Part shown: positions 9,761 through 19,870 of the stretch, piece after piece
How positions within the stretch are numbered: position 1 is the first letter of the stretch
Layout of the letters: each line of letters opens with the position of its first letter
DNA from: Candidatus Bathyarchaeota archaeon
GTDB taxonomy: Archaea; Thermoproteota; Bathyarchaeia; Bathyarchaeales; Bathycorpusculaceae
Direction of reading: 5' to 3'
Assembly: GCA_963775685.1 (NCBI GenBank)
Contig: CAVZJV010000014.1
Location: forward strand, 1,120,001-1,184,000
DNA length: 64,000 nucleotides
Position numbers and translations under genes: made by a program
Notes under the pieces: model-generated
What the model was told of the DNA's origin: nothing
Databases searched by the model: none
Seen by the model: the letters and a program-made list of their open reading frames with translations, nothing else

Positions 9761-10243
9761 GTGAGCGATAAATTACATCCCTATGTAGTATTTCTTCCAA
9801 AAACTGAAAAAAAAGATAAAATCTTGTCCGCCATATTTGGCTCCAAAGCAGGCGTCGACATCCTCCGCTACAGCCTGAAACAAGGCATTGCCAAAAACAT
9901 CTACCAAAAAGATCTCGTCAAAACCCTCAACTATTCAAATAAAACTATCATCGAAAACCTCAAAACACTCACCGCACTGGGCGTCCTAAACGAATCCATG
10001 GAAAAAAACGACAAAGAAGGTCGCATTATCTGGATAAAAACCTACGAACTCACCAACCTTGGCAAATGGTTCGCCCTCCTTATGGCCGAAGAAAAAGAGC
10101 TCACCGAAGTCGAAAAAGCTGAAATTCTTCAAAGCCTCTTCCGAACATACGTTAAGCAGGTTAAGCTCTTAGCAGAGGAAATCGGCATAAACAAAAAGAT
10201 GCTTGAAGAAACCTTCCGTGAAGAAATGAAAAGCAACCCATAA
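9761..10243 (+). CDS. Winged helix-turn-helix protein
   Basis: YQKDLVKTLNYSNKTIIENLKTL...YELTNLGKW wHTH pattern. Confidence 0.75.
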   Translation: MSDKLHPYVVFLPKTEKKDKILSAIFGSKAGVDILRYSLKQGIAKNIYQKDLVKTLNYSNKTIIENLKTLTALGVLNESMEKNDKEGRIIWIKTYELTNLGKWFALLMAEEKELTEVEKAEILQSLFRTYVKQVKLLAEEIGINKKMLEETFREEMKSNP

Positions 10244-10431
10244 CAATTATCATTCATGTTAATAGTAAAACGTAATGGGCAATGGGCTGTAGGTGTTTTG
10301 TTTGTTCGTCACAACCTTAAAATAAGAAGCTAAAAATTAACTATGCAAGGATTTTGAAACCTCTTACTCCTCTGGCAATAGAGAAGATGACGCCGAGTTA
10401 AGCAGGTTTGTTTTGGAGACGGAAAAAATAG

Positions 10432-10830
10432 ATGTCAATAAAAATGTCATTTAGGGAAATAATCTCCGCAATTCTAACCGAAATAAAAGCAGCACTTAAA
10501 GAATACGCCAACGAGGCTGAAGCAGGTTTAAAAAAACGCATCAAAAAACTCCTAATAACAAGCATAGTCGGTACAGTTTTAATGTCGCTGGGAATCTCAC
10601 TTGCCGGCTCAGCTTCCTTGTTCATCCTTATCGGCTCGCTAAGATACTTGGAAACGACTATGCCTGCTTGGAAAGCTTGGTATGTCATGGGAACAACTTC
10701 AGCCATCGCCGCCGCAGCATTATTCATCGCACTTTTCCTCATAATAAGAAACCAACTAAAATCACCCCAAGCATCAAGTGAACCCTCAAAAACATCCATA
10801 ACCCCGGTCGATACAACCGAATCCAAGTAA
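10432..10830 (+). CDS. Small two-TM membrane protein (phage-holin/YqjE-like architecture)
   Basis: N-terminal amphipathic helix, two hydrophobic helices and a PAW motif. Confidence 0.55.
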   Translation: MSIKMSFREIISAILTEIKAALKEYANEAEAGLKKRIKKLLITSIVGTVLMSLGISLAGSASLFILIGSLRYLETTMPAWKAWYVMGTTSAIAAAALFIALFLIIRNQLKSPQASSEPSKTSITPVDTTESK

Positions 10831-11272
10831 AAGACGTTAAGCGGTTACAGACGAAATTGCAATAGACAACTAAATTAATTAAAATTTAGAGAAGAAATGA
10901 AACCAACCGGAACCCTACCGAAAGATAAGCCATCCAAATACACACCCACGACAAAGCACTCTTAAAGCACCAACAGAACCCACAAAGACCCCCTCAACTC
11001 AAAGTTGAAGGGTTAGCAAGAACAGTAAGCAATCTAAAAAAGACACTGAAAAATATTTTTCGATGTAAGACATTTTTGAAACTAACAAATAATCTGACAT
11101 GCATCGAGAGAGCATAGAAAAAAGTAATTGAGGTGGAAGAGAGCCGTTTTGGCTGGGTTGTTTTGTGGGGTTCGGAGGTCTGTTTGTGGGGAGAAGGGGG
11201 AGAGTGTTAAAAATTAATGGTTCTCCAAACCTTTCCACATTGTCCAGCCGAGCGGTTTCTTCTTTGCCTCCT

Positions 11273-12454
11273 CTATAGCGCTTTGAAGGCTTCAAACCAG
11301 CGGTTGTACTGGCTTAGCATTTCCAGCGAAACTGAAGGCTTGCGTTCTTCTAGTATCTGGCGGAAATCAGCCATAGTAAGCGACCTGGGCTTAGCTTCTC
11401 TGTCCATGGCTTTTCCGGACTCAAAGAATTCACCTATCAAGCTTAGTTGCGCTGACTGGCAAACATCGCGAATGTCGCTGCCTGAGAAGCCTTCGGCCAA
11501 ACGTGCCAACTCGTGGAGATCTACGTCTTTATCAATTTGCAGATTACTTGAGTAAAGCTTTAGCATGTTGAATCTGGTTGCGTGGTCTGCAAGGGGCACA
11601 AGGATACGCTTTTGGAACCGACGGATAAACGCCCAATCTAGATCCCAGGGCTTGTTGGTAGCGCCTATCACGTAAACGTGCAATGCTTTGCCCTTGTCCA
11701 CAATTCCATCCATTTCTTTGAGGAACTGGTTTTTTACGCGGATTTCGCCACCTACCTCATTGCTGTGGTTGCCCATAAGTGAATCTAACTCGTCCACGAA
11801 CACAATTGCGGGTTTGCCATCGGTCGCAGATTTGCGTGCGGACCCAAAGAGTTTCGCAACGTTCTGCTCAGCCTCACCGAGCCATTTAGACATGATCGAA
11901 GCGGCGTCGATGCTGTAGAAGTTTGCGTCGATTTCCGTGGCGACCGCTGCTGCTAACAGAGTTTTGCCGCAGCCAGGTGGACCGAACAGCAAGATGCCTC
12001 GTGGCCAACCAAGCGGAAAGAGGTCAGGTCTTTGAACTGGATAGACGATGGCTTCTTTGACTGCTTTTTTGGCGGTGTCTAAGCCTATGACTTCTTGCCA
12101 GTTGACTTTTGGTCTTTCTGTCATTACGAGTTCCTCGTTGGGTTTTCCACTTAAACCGTTATTGTTTCCTTCTATTGTTGCGGCTCCGCCGCCTTCGTTG
12201 TTTGCAGCTTCGTTCATTTCGTTGGAGGAAACCGTGCCCTGAAGCGACTTAATTCGCTCTTGGTATGCGATTGCCCGCTGCACGTAAACCTTGTTTAAGC
12301 CGTATTCGGGATACAGTTGTACAAGTTGTAGCAGGCTCTCGATGGCTTTTTGGTATAGGGTAATGGCTCTTCCTCTTTGTCCCTGTTTGTCTAATCTTAC
12401 AGCGTCCAGGGCGTAAGCTGTTGCTGCTCTTTCAAGTTCATTTGATGCACTCAC
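11273..12454 (-). CDS. cdvC: Vps4/CdvC AAA+ ATPase with MIT domain
   Basis: MIT (AYALDAVRLDKQG...YQKAIE), Walker A GPPGCGKT, SKWLGE pore loop, FVDELD, ATNKPW, RRFQKRI. Confidence 0.95.
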   Translation of the reverse strand: MSASNELERAATAYALDAVRLDKQGQRGRAITLYQKAIESLLQLVQLYPEYGLNKVYVQRAIAYQERIKSLQGTVSSNEMNEAANNEGGGAATIEGNNNGLSGKPNEELVMTERPKVNWQEVIGLDTAKKAVKEAIVYPVQRPDLFPLGWPRGILLFGPPGCGKTLLAAAVATEIDANFYSIDAASIMSKWLGEAEQNVAKLFGSARKSATDGKPAIVFVDELDSLMGNHSNEVGGEIRVKNQFLKEMDGIVDKGKALHVYVIGATNKPWDLDWAFIRRFQKRILVPLADHATRFNMLKLYSSNLQIDKDVDLHELARLAEGFSGSDIRDVCQSAQLSLIGEFFESGKAMDREAKPRSLTMADFRQILEERKPSVSLEMLSQYNRWFEAFKAL

Positions 12455-12477
12455 GTGTTTTTTCTCTCCTTCTTTGT

Positions 12478-13371
12478 CTATTCAGGTGATCGTAACTCAA
12501 TTTTGATTTTGCCCTTTGCACCTAAGCCTTCAAGGGCACGTTCAATCTCTTCGTTTGATGTCTTAAGCTCGCTGCTGCATCGGCCCAAATCGATCTCGCC
12601 ATTAGTTCTTCGTACATACTCAAGCAGCACATCTTCCAGTCCTGGCTTTTCAACTTTAAGGGAGAACTCTTTGACCTCTGATTTGCGGTAAGAAAATAGA
12701 GTTTTCTCTGGGTCAAAGCCAGATTCTTCCACTGTTTTTTTAGAGAACACCTGTGACGAACTCGCTGTTAGGGCAACAAGCTCTTTTATGGGCGTTTTCT
12801 CCTTCATTGGAGCAACTGCAGGGGGTTCGGGAAGGGTTTCTGAGAGTTTTTGTTCCATAAAGCAAGAAACTTCTTTTAGGATTTCTTCGCCAGCTTCCGT
12901 CTTCTTTCCCACTGGGATTACTGTTTCGTCGGCGGTAATCTTGGTTGCGTGAAGGGTATCTTGGATAGTTTGGTTAACTGTATTTAGTTCTGAGCTAACG
13001 TCAGGCAACACCTGGAATAGTTCTTGGGAGACGCCTTGAAGGAGCCTTAAGGCAGGTTTCAGGTCGGCAACGATGTCGCCGAGTTCTTTTATGGTTTCAA
13101 GGCGCAAAACTACGCGTTCAATGGCTAATTGGACGTTGTAGAGAAATTTAACGAGTTTTCGGACTTCCGCAATTTCGGTGGCGCACATTGCGGCTTTTTC
13201 TTTGTTGTTCTTTTTTAATGCGAACATGCAGGTTTCAAAAAGTACGCGGTCTCGCTCTTTCAAGCGATAACTTGCCTGTTCCAGTTTGTTTTGTTGGACT
13301 TTTAGAGTAAAAATAGATTTTGTGGCGACTTCACGTACGGGTGAAGGGTTTGGGTTAGTTAGACTTTTAAT
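12478..13371 (-). CDS. cdvB: ESCRT-III/CdvB with C-terminal winged-helix domain
   Basis: Snf7 core (EIAEVRK...LAIERVVLRLETI), MIM2-like LPEPP and C-terminal wH. The frame is open upstream of the track's TTG to an ATT at 13371, preceded by a GGAGG SD. Confidence 0.85.
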   Translation of the reverse strand: MKSLTNPNPSPVREVATKSIFTLKVQQNKLEQASYRLKERDRVLFETCMFALKKNNKEKAAMCATEIAEVRKLVKFLYNVQLAIERVVLRLETIKELGDIVADLKPALRLLQGVSQELFQVLPDVSSELNTVNQTIQDTLHATKITADETVIPVGKKTEAGEEILKEVSCFMEQKLSETLPEPPAVAPMKEKTPIKELVALTASSSQVFSKKTVEESGFDPEKTLFSYRKSEVKEFSLKVEKPGLEDVLLEYVRRTNGEIDLGRCSSELKTSNEEIERALEGLGAKGKIKIELRSPE

Positions 13372-13411
13372 TTTTTAGCCCTCCAAACCCGCCGTTTTGG
13401 CATAAGCCTAC

Positions 13412-14131
13412 TTATAATCCGGCTTTTCCTATTTCTTTAACGTAAACAACCACTGGTGGTTCAGGAAGCTTTGTTGCTGCGTTGGTTACTTGTTCAGCAT
13501 AGACTTTGTTGGTTTTCTGTGCGTTTGTGGATTGGTCACCTAAAAGCACGCTTGAAAGTCGGCTCTTTGTGAGTTCGAAGTCGGTTTTTTCACTGGTTGC
13601 TCGTCTGAGGGTGTCTTGAAGAAGCCCAAAAGCTACACGGTAGTTTTCGTCGTCGACTTTTCCTATTTCGTGTTCGATTTCTAAGTTAGCAATTGCGTAG
13701 CTTAGCGAAGTTATTTCATCTTGGCAACGTTCAATTTCGATGCCGGATTCGTCGATTATGAGTTGGGCGTCTTTTTTGAGTTGGGTCAACACATTTGTAA
13801 AGCTGGTGTGTAGGTCTTGGTAGACTTCATCAGTGATTTTCTTTTTTTCCAGAAGGTCTTTTAGGGCTTCGTCTTTGCGCCAGATTAAGGGTATGTGGTC
13901 GCATAGTACGCCTGCTTGGTTTTTAATTTTTGAAATGAATGTGACTTCAGCGCCATTAAACCGTAAACTTTCCATGGGCTGTTTTGTGAATTGTCCATCG
14001 CCAAATTCAACGTAAACTGCTTCAAATTTTCCGTTTGGAGTTAATGCGAAAGAGGCAACTTTGCCGACTATTCGTCCATATTCATTCTTTATTGGTCTGC
14101 CAATAGAAAGAAAAAGATTGGAGTTAGACAT
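13412..14131 (-). CDS. cdvA: CdvA-like cell division protein
   Basis: N-terminal PRC-barrel-like IGRPIKNEYGRIVG, coiled coil, C-terminal LPEPPVVVYV peptide; lies between two cdvB genes. Confidence 0.85.
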   Translation of the reverse strand: MSNSNLFLSIGRPIKNEYGRIVGKVASFALTPNGKFEAVYVEFGDGQFTKQPMESLRFNGAEVTFISKIKNQAGVLCDHIPLIWRKDEALKDLLEKKKITDEVYQDLHTSFTNVLTQLKKDAQLIIDESGIEIERCQDEITSLSYAIANLEIEHEIGKVDDENYRVAFGLLQDTLRRATSEKTDFELTKSRLSSVLLGDQSTNAQKTNKVYAEQVTNAATKLPEPPVVVYVKEIGKAGL

Positions 14132-14152
14132 TTTGTGTTTTTCTCCTTATCT

Positions 14153-14812
14153 TTAGAATGTTGTTTTCTCTGCTTGAGAAGCTGGGGATGATGGCATTCC
14201 TGGGGGCAGGTCTGGGAACTTGTCTTTTATCTTCTGTTCTGCAACTGTGGCTGCTTCGGTTAGAATCTTTGATGCATCCTCGTTTACGGTGTCGAAGTTT
14301 AGTGTCATTCCGCTGCCTTGGCCTGCTTCAATCATGATTCCGCTTAGCATGTTTCCAATTTCGCCTAGTTCACTTTCTGCTTCTGGAAATACGCTAGTTA
14401 GACCTGATCTGACTGATCGTAGCACACCAACAGCTGGACCTAAAGTTGAAACTACGTCGCCTAGCTCGGAAACTGTTCGTAATCTTAAAGTGATTTGCTC
14501 AAGAGCAAGTTTAGCGTTCATGATTAATTTTGACATTTTTCTAACTTCGGCTAGCTCGTTAGCGAAAACGTTTGCACGTGCGCTGTCATGTTTTGTGTAT
14601 GCGTCAACTATTCTGGCGAAGATTGTTTTGTCTCTTTGGCTGAATCTGTCGGTTGCTTGGTCAAGTTTTTGTACTTGAAGTTCGATACGTCTGACGGCGA
14701 AGTCAAGTCGTGGTTTTAGTGGTCCTGGTGGCTTTACTGTGTCTCTGATACGGTTTGTTAATGGTTCATCTTCCCGTTTGGCTTCCCACTTTTTAGCGAA
14801 TCTTTCTGACAA
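14153..14812 (-). CDS. ESCRT-III/Snf7 paralog (CdvB1/B2-like, no wH)
   Basis: ANELAEVRK...LALEQITLRLRTV...KILTEAATVAEQKIKDKFPDLP. Confidence 0.92.
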   Translation of the reverse strand: MSERFAKKWEAKREDEPLTNRIRDTVKPPGPLKPRLDFAVRRIELQVQKLDQATDRFSQRDKTIFARIVDAYTKHDSARANVFANELAEVRKMSKLIMNAKLALEQITLRLRTVSELGDVVSTLGPAVGVLRSVRSGLTSVFPEAESELGEIGNMLSGIMIEAGQGSGMTLNFDTVNEDASKILTEAATVAEQKIKDKFPDLPPGMPSSPASQAEKTTF

Positions 14813-15037
14813 TTTGATTACCTCTGCAAGCCTAACATGTAGAAATTAATCTTATACATTGTTAATATGATGGAAATATGCACGTATATATGTACAGATA
14901 TATATGATGGGAAAATTGCGCTAAACCTTTAACTAGAAACGTTAAACATGATCCTGGTACTTTTAGGATTAGACAGAAACGTGTAGGTTAGACTAAAAAG
15001 AAGCGGAACCTAACTGCTAAAATAAAAAGGTGATTGA

Positions 15038-15262
15038 ATGAATAGTAGATTTAAAATATTCGGTTTAATTGCTCTTGTAGGCTTTGTAGCAGGCGTCATT
15101 GCACAAGTCACAGCTACATACTTTATCCCGTGGCTGATTTTGGTTTTGCCATCGCTAGCTGGCTTGACAAGCTTTGTGGTTGCGGGATTTGCAGGTGCAG
15201 TCCTTACAGTTGCCATCGTTGGCGCTTGGGCATACATGACCGGTAAAAAAGACCCTTACTAA
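15038..15262 (+). CDS. Small two-TM membrane protein
   Basis: 74 aa and hydrophobic; AGGTGA SD; followed by a T-rich terminator. Confidence 0.7.
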   Translation: MNSRFKIFGLIALVGFVAGVIAQVTATYFIPWLILVLPSLAGLTSFVVAGFAGAVLTVAIVGAWAYMTGKKDPY

Positions 15263-15520
15263 AAACTGCCCATTTTTTCTTTTCTTCCAAAAATAGTTTT
15301 CATTTCCACAAATTTTTTGCTTGTTTAAAGATTTGTTTTTGTTGTTTTAGGAAAGCTTGCTTTTAGTGGTTTGTTGATTGTTTTTTTCGATTTAATAATT
15401 CCGTTTGATTTTGGATGATTTTTTTGTTTGATAGAAGAAAAATGGTTGATGTTGCATATGAGGAAGGTATTTTTAGGTTGTTTTTGTTGATTAGGGTATG
15501 CATTGGGCTTAGGCTGGGGT

Positions 15521-15560
15521 TTAGAAAGGTTTGGGAAGGTTAGAAAAGGTTAGGAAGGGT
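15521..15560 (+). repeat. Four tandem ~10-bp degenerate direct repeats
   Basis: TTAGAAAGGT TTGGGAAGGT TAGAAAAGGT TAGGAAGGGT directly upstream of the AbrB-like gene. Confidence 0.55.
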
Positions 15561-15571
15561 GGTTGTTCTAT

Positions 15572-15865
15572 TTGCCTTTAGCGGAACGGGTTGAGTTTAA
15601 AGCTAGGTTGAATCGTTACAACCGCTTGCAAGTTCCAAAGACTGTTCGATGGCGCTTCAAATTGGAAACAGATCAGATTCTTCGAGTTCAAGTAAGCATA
15701 GAAGGAGCATGGATCCTTCCGCAAAACTTCTATTCAAGAATAACCAAAGAAGGAAGAATAGTAATTCCAAAACTCATAATGAAACTGCTCAGCAAGGACA
15801 AAGTCAACTTAGAAGGCTACATCGTAGCTGTGATTCTTGAACCTGGCAAGAAACCTGCCATTTGA
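15572..15865 (+). CDS. Tandem AbrB/MazE/SpoVT-like DNA-binding protein
   Basis: Two swapped-hairpin repeats: NRLQVPKTVRWRFKL and EGRIVIPKLIMKLL. Start likely TTG 15572 (MPLAERV). Confidence 0.7.
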   Translation: MPLAERVEFKARLNRYNRLQVPKTVRWRFKLETDQILRVQVSIEGAWILPQNFYSRITKEGRIVIPKLIMKLLSKDKVNLEGYIVAVILEPGKKPAI

Positions 15866-16229
15866 GAGGCAAAATAGCTTCCGGAAGAACCGGGGTGAAC
15901 CACGAAATGCAGAGAAGTTTTTTAATGGTGGACTCAATAGCGGAAAAAGTATTCACAAGCTTCCAGCTTAAATTCCCCGCCTTCCGCTTCATCGTACCTC
16001 GATTTTCTCATCGTCCGAATCTATAGGAAATTCGCCTACTTATTTACATTTACCCAATGACTTCAAAATGACAGAGTCTGCCTTGCACGCATTATTGATT
16101 GTTGTTGTGATTGCTCAGTCACATAAGTTAAAATAACGAAGCAGAAGTACTTCTTAGGTATACAAGCTTGTGCTTGCTTTCTTGTTACAGAGACAAGTTT
16201 TTGTTATTTAGGCAGTTTAAGGATGCGGC

Positions 16230-17087
16230 TTGATGCAACAAAGTAGTTTACGAGGTAACAGTAACTTTAAGGAACCGCCCAATATTGGGCAAAAATCAGT
16301 CACTTCGTCGATTGTTACTTATCTTGAGGACTTCGGATTAACAAAAAAAGAAGCAGAAGTCTACTACATTCTATCCAGATTGGGTTCGGCAAATGCCAAC
16401 GAAATCACCAACGCTGCCCAGTACAACCGACTTCAAACTTACCGTTCAGTTAAAGGATTACTCGACAGAGGCTTAGTGGAGATTTCGCTGGAGCGACCCA
16501 GAAGATACACGCCTCTAAAAATTGAACATACAATTAGCTTGCTTGAACAAGAAGCTGCCAACAGAATCATCCAGTTGGAAAATATAAAACCGCTGTTGCT
16601 GCAAAAATGGTCAGAGGAACCTGATTTTCCGATTTCCAGAGACAGTTGCACCTTTAGAATAGTACAAGGAACCAAAAACGTTTTCAAATTTGCAATTATG
16701 CTCTTTGATTCTGCTCAAAAAGATATCGACATTGCCATTAAAGGCAACGAAATAATGCGCTGGATAATTGAGGATACTGATGGTTCACTGCAGAAAGAAC
16801 CTTCTAAACAAGTTAAAGTGCGCATCATATCAGAATTCAATAAATATAATAAATCAGTTACGCAAAGATTCCTTGAATTTTGTGAGCTGCGACATGTTTC
16901 TTCATTGAACACAGTGCCTATAGCTTTAATCGATGGTAAAGAAGTTCTAATCTGTTTAAATGGGAACACTCAAGGTATTCCCGAAAATGCCATTTGGACT
17001 AATCACCCTGACCTTGTTAGCATGTTGTCAGGTTTCTTTGACGGTCTTTGGTTTAACGCTAAAATACAAAAGCAAATGGTAAAATAA
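16230..17087 (+). CDS. TrmB family transcriptional regulator
   Basis: FGLTKKEAEVY...YRSVKGLLDRGLVE...RPRRY wHTH; C-terminal LIDGKEVL...WTNHP..F..LW. Confidence 0.9.
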   Translation: MMQQSSLRGNSNFKEPPNIGQKSVTSSIVTYLEDFGLTKKEAEVYYILSRLGSANANEITNAAQYNRLQTYRSVKGLLDRGLVEISLERPRRYTPLKIEHTISLLEQEAANRIIQLENIKPLLLQKWSEEPDFPISRDSCTFRIVQGTKNVFKFAIMLFDSAQKDIDIAIKGNEIMRWIIEDTDGSLQKEPSKQVKVRIISEFNKYNKSVTQRFLEFCELRHVSSLNTVPIALIDGKEVLICLNGNTQGIPENAIWTNHPDLVSMLSGFFDGLWFNAKIQKQMVK

Positions 17088-17465
17088 GTATAATAAATTA
17101 AGTATCAATCTTTATCTCAAAAAATATAGACTTTGCGAAAAAAGTCATTCAGAAGCACATTTCTATCAACAAAATTGAATTTTAGCTCAGACTCGATCGA
17201 ATTGTGCATGAACTAATTGGAGAATTATCATTGGTTAATAGAAAACACTAATTTTAGAAAAAAGTCCCCTATATGAAATACCCCATTACTTTAAGCATAA
17301 ATAAGTGTTATCTTAAAGAAGCTTAGCGGAGTTCCTTGGATAGCCCCAATGTAAGCAAACAAAAAAGTCAGCACTAAGATGTCTTAAGCTACCGATTGTT
17401 TGTTCACATTGAAAGAAACACACATGTAAATACTTTCACCCCAATTTTTAAACAGTGAATTTTTA

Positions 17466-19841
17466 ATGTCAAAAGAGGAATCAAAAAAATTTTCTAGACG
17501 CAAATTTCTCAGAACAGGTGCTTTAGCAGGCGGCGCAGCAGTCTTAGGCTTAACAGTGGGATTACCAGCAATCGCCAACCTTGACAAAACAGGCAAACTA
17601 CGCCAACAACTAGGTGCGTTATACATTCCAACGGTAAGAGCATCGCCCACCTATGACCAAACAGGAGTTGACCCAAGAAAAGTTCCAAAATATGTCGAGC
17701 CAGTTCCAACCTTCGTAGGACTACGAGTTGACGCACAAAAACACCCAAACTTGTACATTAGCAATGCAGAGGTCCAGCAAAAAATTCTGCCGGCTAGTTT
17801 CTACGATACAGTCGGCGACGAAACACTCAAAAATGGAGCTTACGTGTGGGGGTACTCCGTAAACGACGGTCATGGAACATACGGACCGCTGTATCCAGCC
17901 TTCACAATAGAAGCCAAGCGTAATGGACCAGTCAGGGTATGTTATGCAAACACTCTAAACGACACAGTGCTCCAAAAATACCTTACCGTTGACCAAACAA
18001 TCCATTGGGCTAACCCCAACGGCATGATGTCGATGCAGCCATACTATGGAGGAGTACCAGTAGTTACCCACCTCCACGGCGCAGAAGTCACCTCCGAATC
18101 AGACGGGGGACCCGACGCATGGTTCCTGCCAGGATACACCAAAAAAGGACCAGCCTTCAATGAAGGCGTAGGTAAGACTTACACATACCCAAACACCCAA
18201 GAACCAACAACAATGTTCTACCACGACCATTGCCTAGGGGCAACACGCATAAACTTATACGCAGGATTAGTAGGCTTCTACTTCCTCAGAGACGAATTCG
18301 ACACTGGAAAACATGGTAAAGGACTAAACCTTCCGGCTGGACCTTACGAGATTGAACTAGCTATACAAGACAAAATGTTTGACACCAACGGACAGCTCCT
18401 CTACCCAGACGGCACAGGACAAAACTCAAGCTACTATACGGACCACCCCGAACTCGACGTTGACCCCGAGCCAGCAGGCTTAAACGGATCACCACCAAAC
18501 CCAGGCACTCATCCCTTCTGGAACCCAGAGTTCTTCGGAGACATAATGGTGGTAAACGGCAAATCGTGGCCCTTCCTTGACGTTGAACCACGCAGATACC
18601 GCTTCCGCCTCGTAGACGGATGTAACGCAAGATTCCTAAATATGCAGTTCGCAGATGCAGGCTTAAACCCGGTTTCCGTTCCTGTCTATGTGATCGGAAC
18701 TGACGGCGGATTACTTGACAAACCAATTTTAGTCAAGGACATATTCATGGCACCAGGTGAACGTTTAGATATAATCATTGATTTCGCAGCATTCAAGGGG
18801 CAATCACTTATTCTAACAAACGATGCAAACTCACCCTATCCAGATGGACTTGCAGTTGACTCCTTCACTAACGGACAAATCATGAAATTCAACGTAGGCA
18901 AATCAAAAGCAACAGACCACAGCTTTGATCCTGCAGCTCCACACGCATCGCTTAGAGGAAAAATGAATCAACCACCAAAAATCGTAAGGCTTGCAGATGG
19001 TATGGGAGATATAGCATCAGGCGTTAAAATTGACCAAAGACGAATGCTTGTGCTCAAAGAATTTTCACCCCCCGATGGCGACGGCCCTGAAGTTGTACTG
19101 GTAAACAATACTGGCTGGCTGGGAATACGCCCGACCGGAACAGATCCAATGACTGGTGACCCAATTCCAGACTTCACCAAAGTTGGACCAAACTACCTAT
19201 CTGAACTTCCAGCAGTCGGCTCCACTGAGCAATGGGATATAATAAACCTGACCATGGACGCACACCCCATCCACCTACACTTAGTGCAATTTCAATTGAT
19301 AAACAGACAATCTTTCAATCTTGGAATAAACCCAGACGACACTATTGATCCTGACGGATACTTTGCACTTTGGCAAAACAAATTTCCAGCAGGCACCTTT
19401 GGAGGCGTTGACTATCCAGGTGGTCAATTCATACCCAAGTACGGTCCGCCACTACCCTACTACGAAGAAAACGATGCCGGCGCTATAGGCGGAAACCCAG
19501 ATGTCACACCATTCCTGCTTGACGATCTAACTGGACCTGTTGACTGGGAAATCGGCTGGAAAGACACCTTCAAAATGTATCCGAACCAAGTAAGCAGAAT
19601 AATCGTTCGGTGGGCGCCACAAGACGTTGCACTCAAATCAGTGAAAGCAGGACAAAATAAATACAACTTTGACCCCACTAGCGGACCGGGCTATGTCTGG
19701 CATTGCCACATTGTTGACCATGAAGACAACGAAATGATGCGCCCCTACAAACCGCTAACACTTGCTCCACCATGCAAACACAGAGTTCCAAAGCCAAAAG
19801 CCCCAATTTTCTCAGTAAAACCAAAAAAACCTTGGCATTAA
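17466..19841 (+). CDS. Tat-exported three-domain multicopper oxidase (CotA/bilirubin oxidase-like)
   Basis: SRRKFLR twin-Arg signal; copper motifs HLHG, YHDH, HPIHLH, WHCHIVDHEDNEMM. Confidence 0.95.
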   Translation: MSKEESKKFSRRKFLRTGALAGGAAVLGLTVGLPAIANLDKTGKLRQQLGALYIPTVRASPTYDQTGVDPRKVPKYVEPVPTFVGLRVDAQKHPNLYISNAEVQQKILPASFYDTVGDETLKNGAYVWGYSVNDGHGTYGPLYPAFTIEAKRNGPVRVCYANTLNDTVLQKYLTVDQTIHWANPNGMMSMQPYYGGVPVVTHLHGAEVTSESDGGPDAWFLPGYTKKGPAFNEGVGKTYTYPNTQEPTTMFYHDHCLGATRINLYAGLVGFYFLRDEFDTGKHGKGLNLPAGPYEIELAIQDKMFDTNGQLLYPDGTGQNSSYYTDHPELDVDPEPAGLNGSPPNPGTHPFWNPEFFGDIMVVNGKSWPFLDVEPRRYRFRLVDGCNARFLNMQFADAGLNPVSVPVYVIGTDGGLLDKPILVKDIFMAPGERLDIIIDFAAFKGQSLILTNDANSPYPDGLAVDSFTNGQIMKFNVGKSKATDHSFDPAAPHASLRGKMNQPPKIVRLADGMGDIASGVKIDQRRMLVLKEFSPPDGDGPEVVLVNNTGWLGIRPTGTDPMTGDPIPDFTKVGPNYLSELPAVGSTEQWDIINLTMDAHPIHLHLVQFQLINRQSFNLGINPDDTIDPDGYFALWQNKFPAGTFGGVDYPGGQFIPKYGPPLPYYEENDAGAIGGNPDVTPFLLDDLTGPVDWEIGWKDTFKMYPNQVSRIIVRWAPQDVALKSVKAGQNKYNFDPTSGPGYVWHCHIVDHEDNEMMRPYKPLTLAPPCKHRVPKPKAPIFSVKPKKPWH

Positions 19842-19849
19842 GACCGCCA

Positions 19850-19870
19850 TTATTCTTTTCTTTTTTTTTA
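19850..19870 (+). terminator. Oligo-T archaeal terminator
   Basis: TTATTCTTTTCTTTTTTTTT just after the oxidase stop. Confidence 0.5.

Noticed and set aside
10900-11210. A/C-rich tract facing a G/T-rich tract, suggesting a long inverted repeat or MITE
   Set aside because: Only short, gapped complementarity; explained by compositional skew.
11143-13401. GCCGTTTTGGC and CTCCAAACC occurring on both sides of cdvB-cdvC
   Set aside because: Short matches in different order and spacing; compatible with chance.
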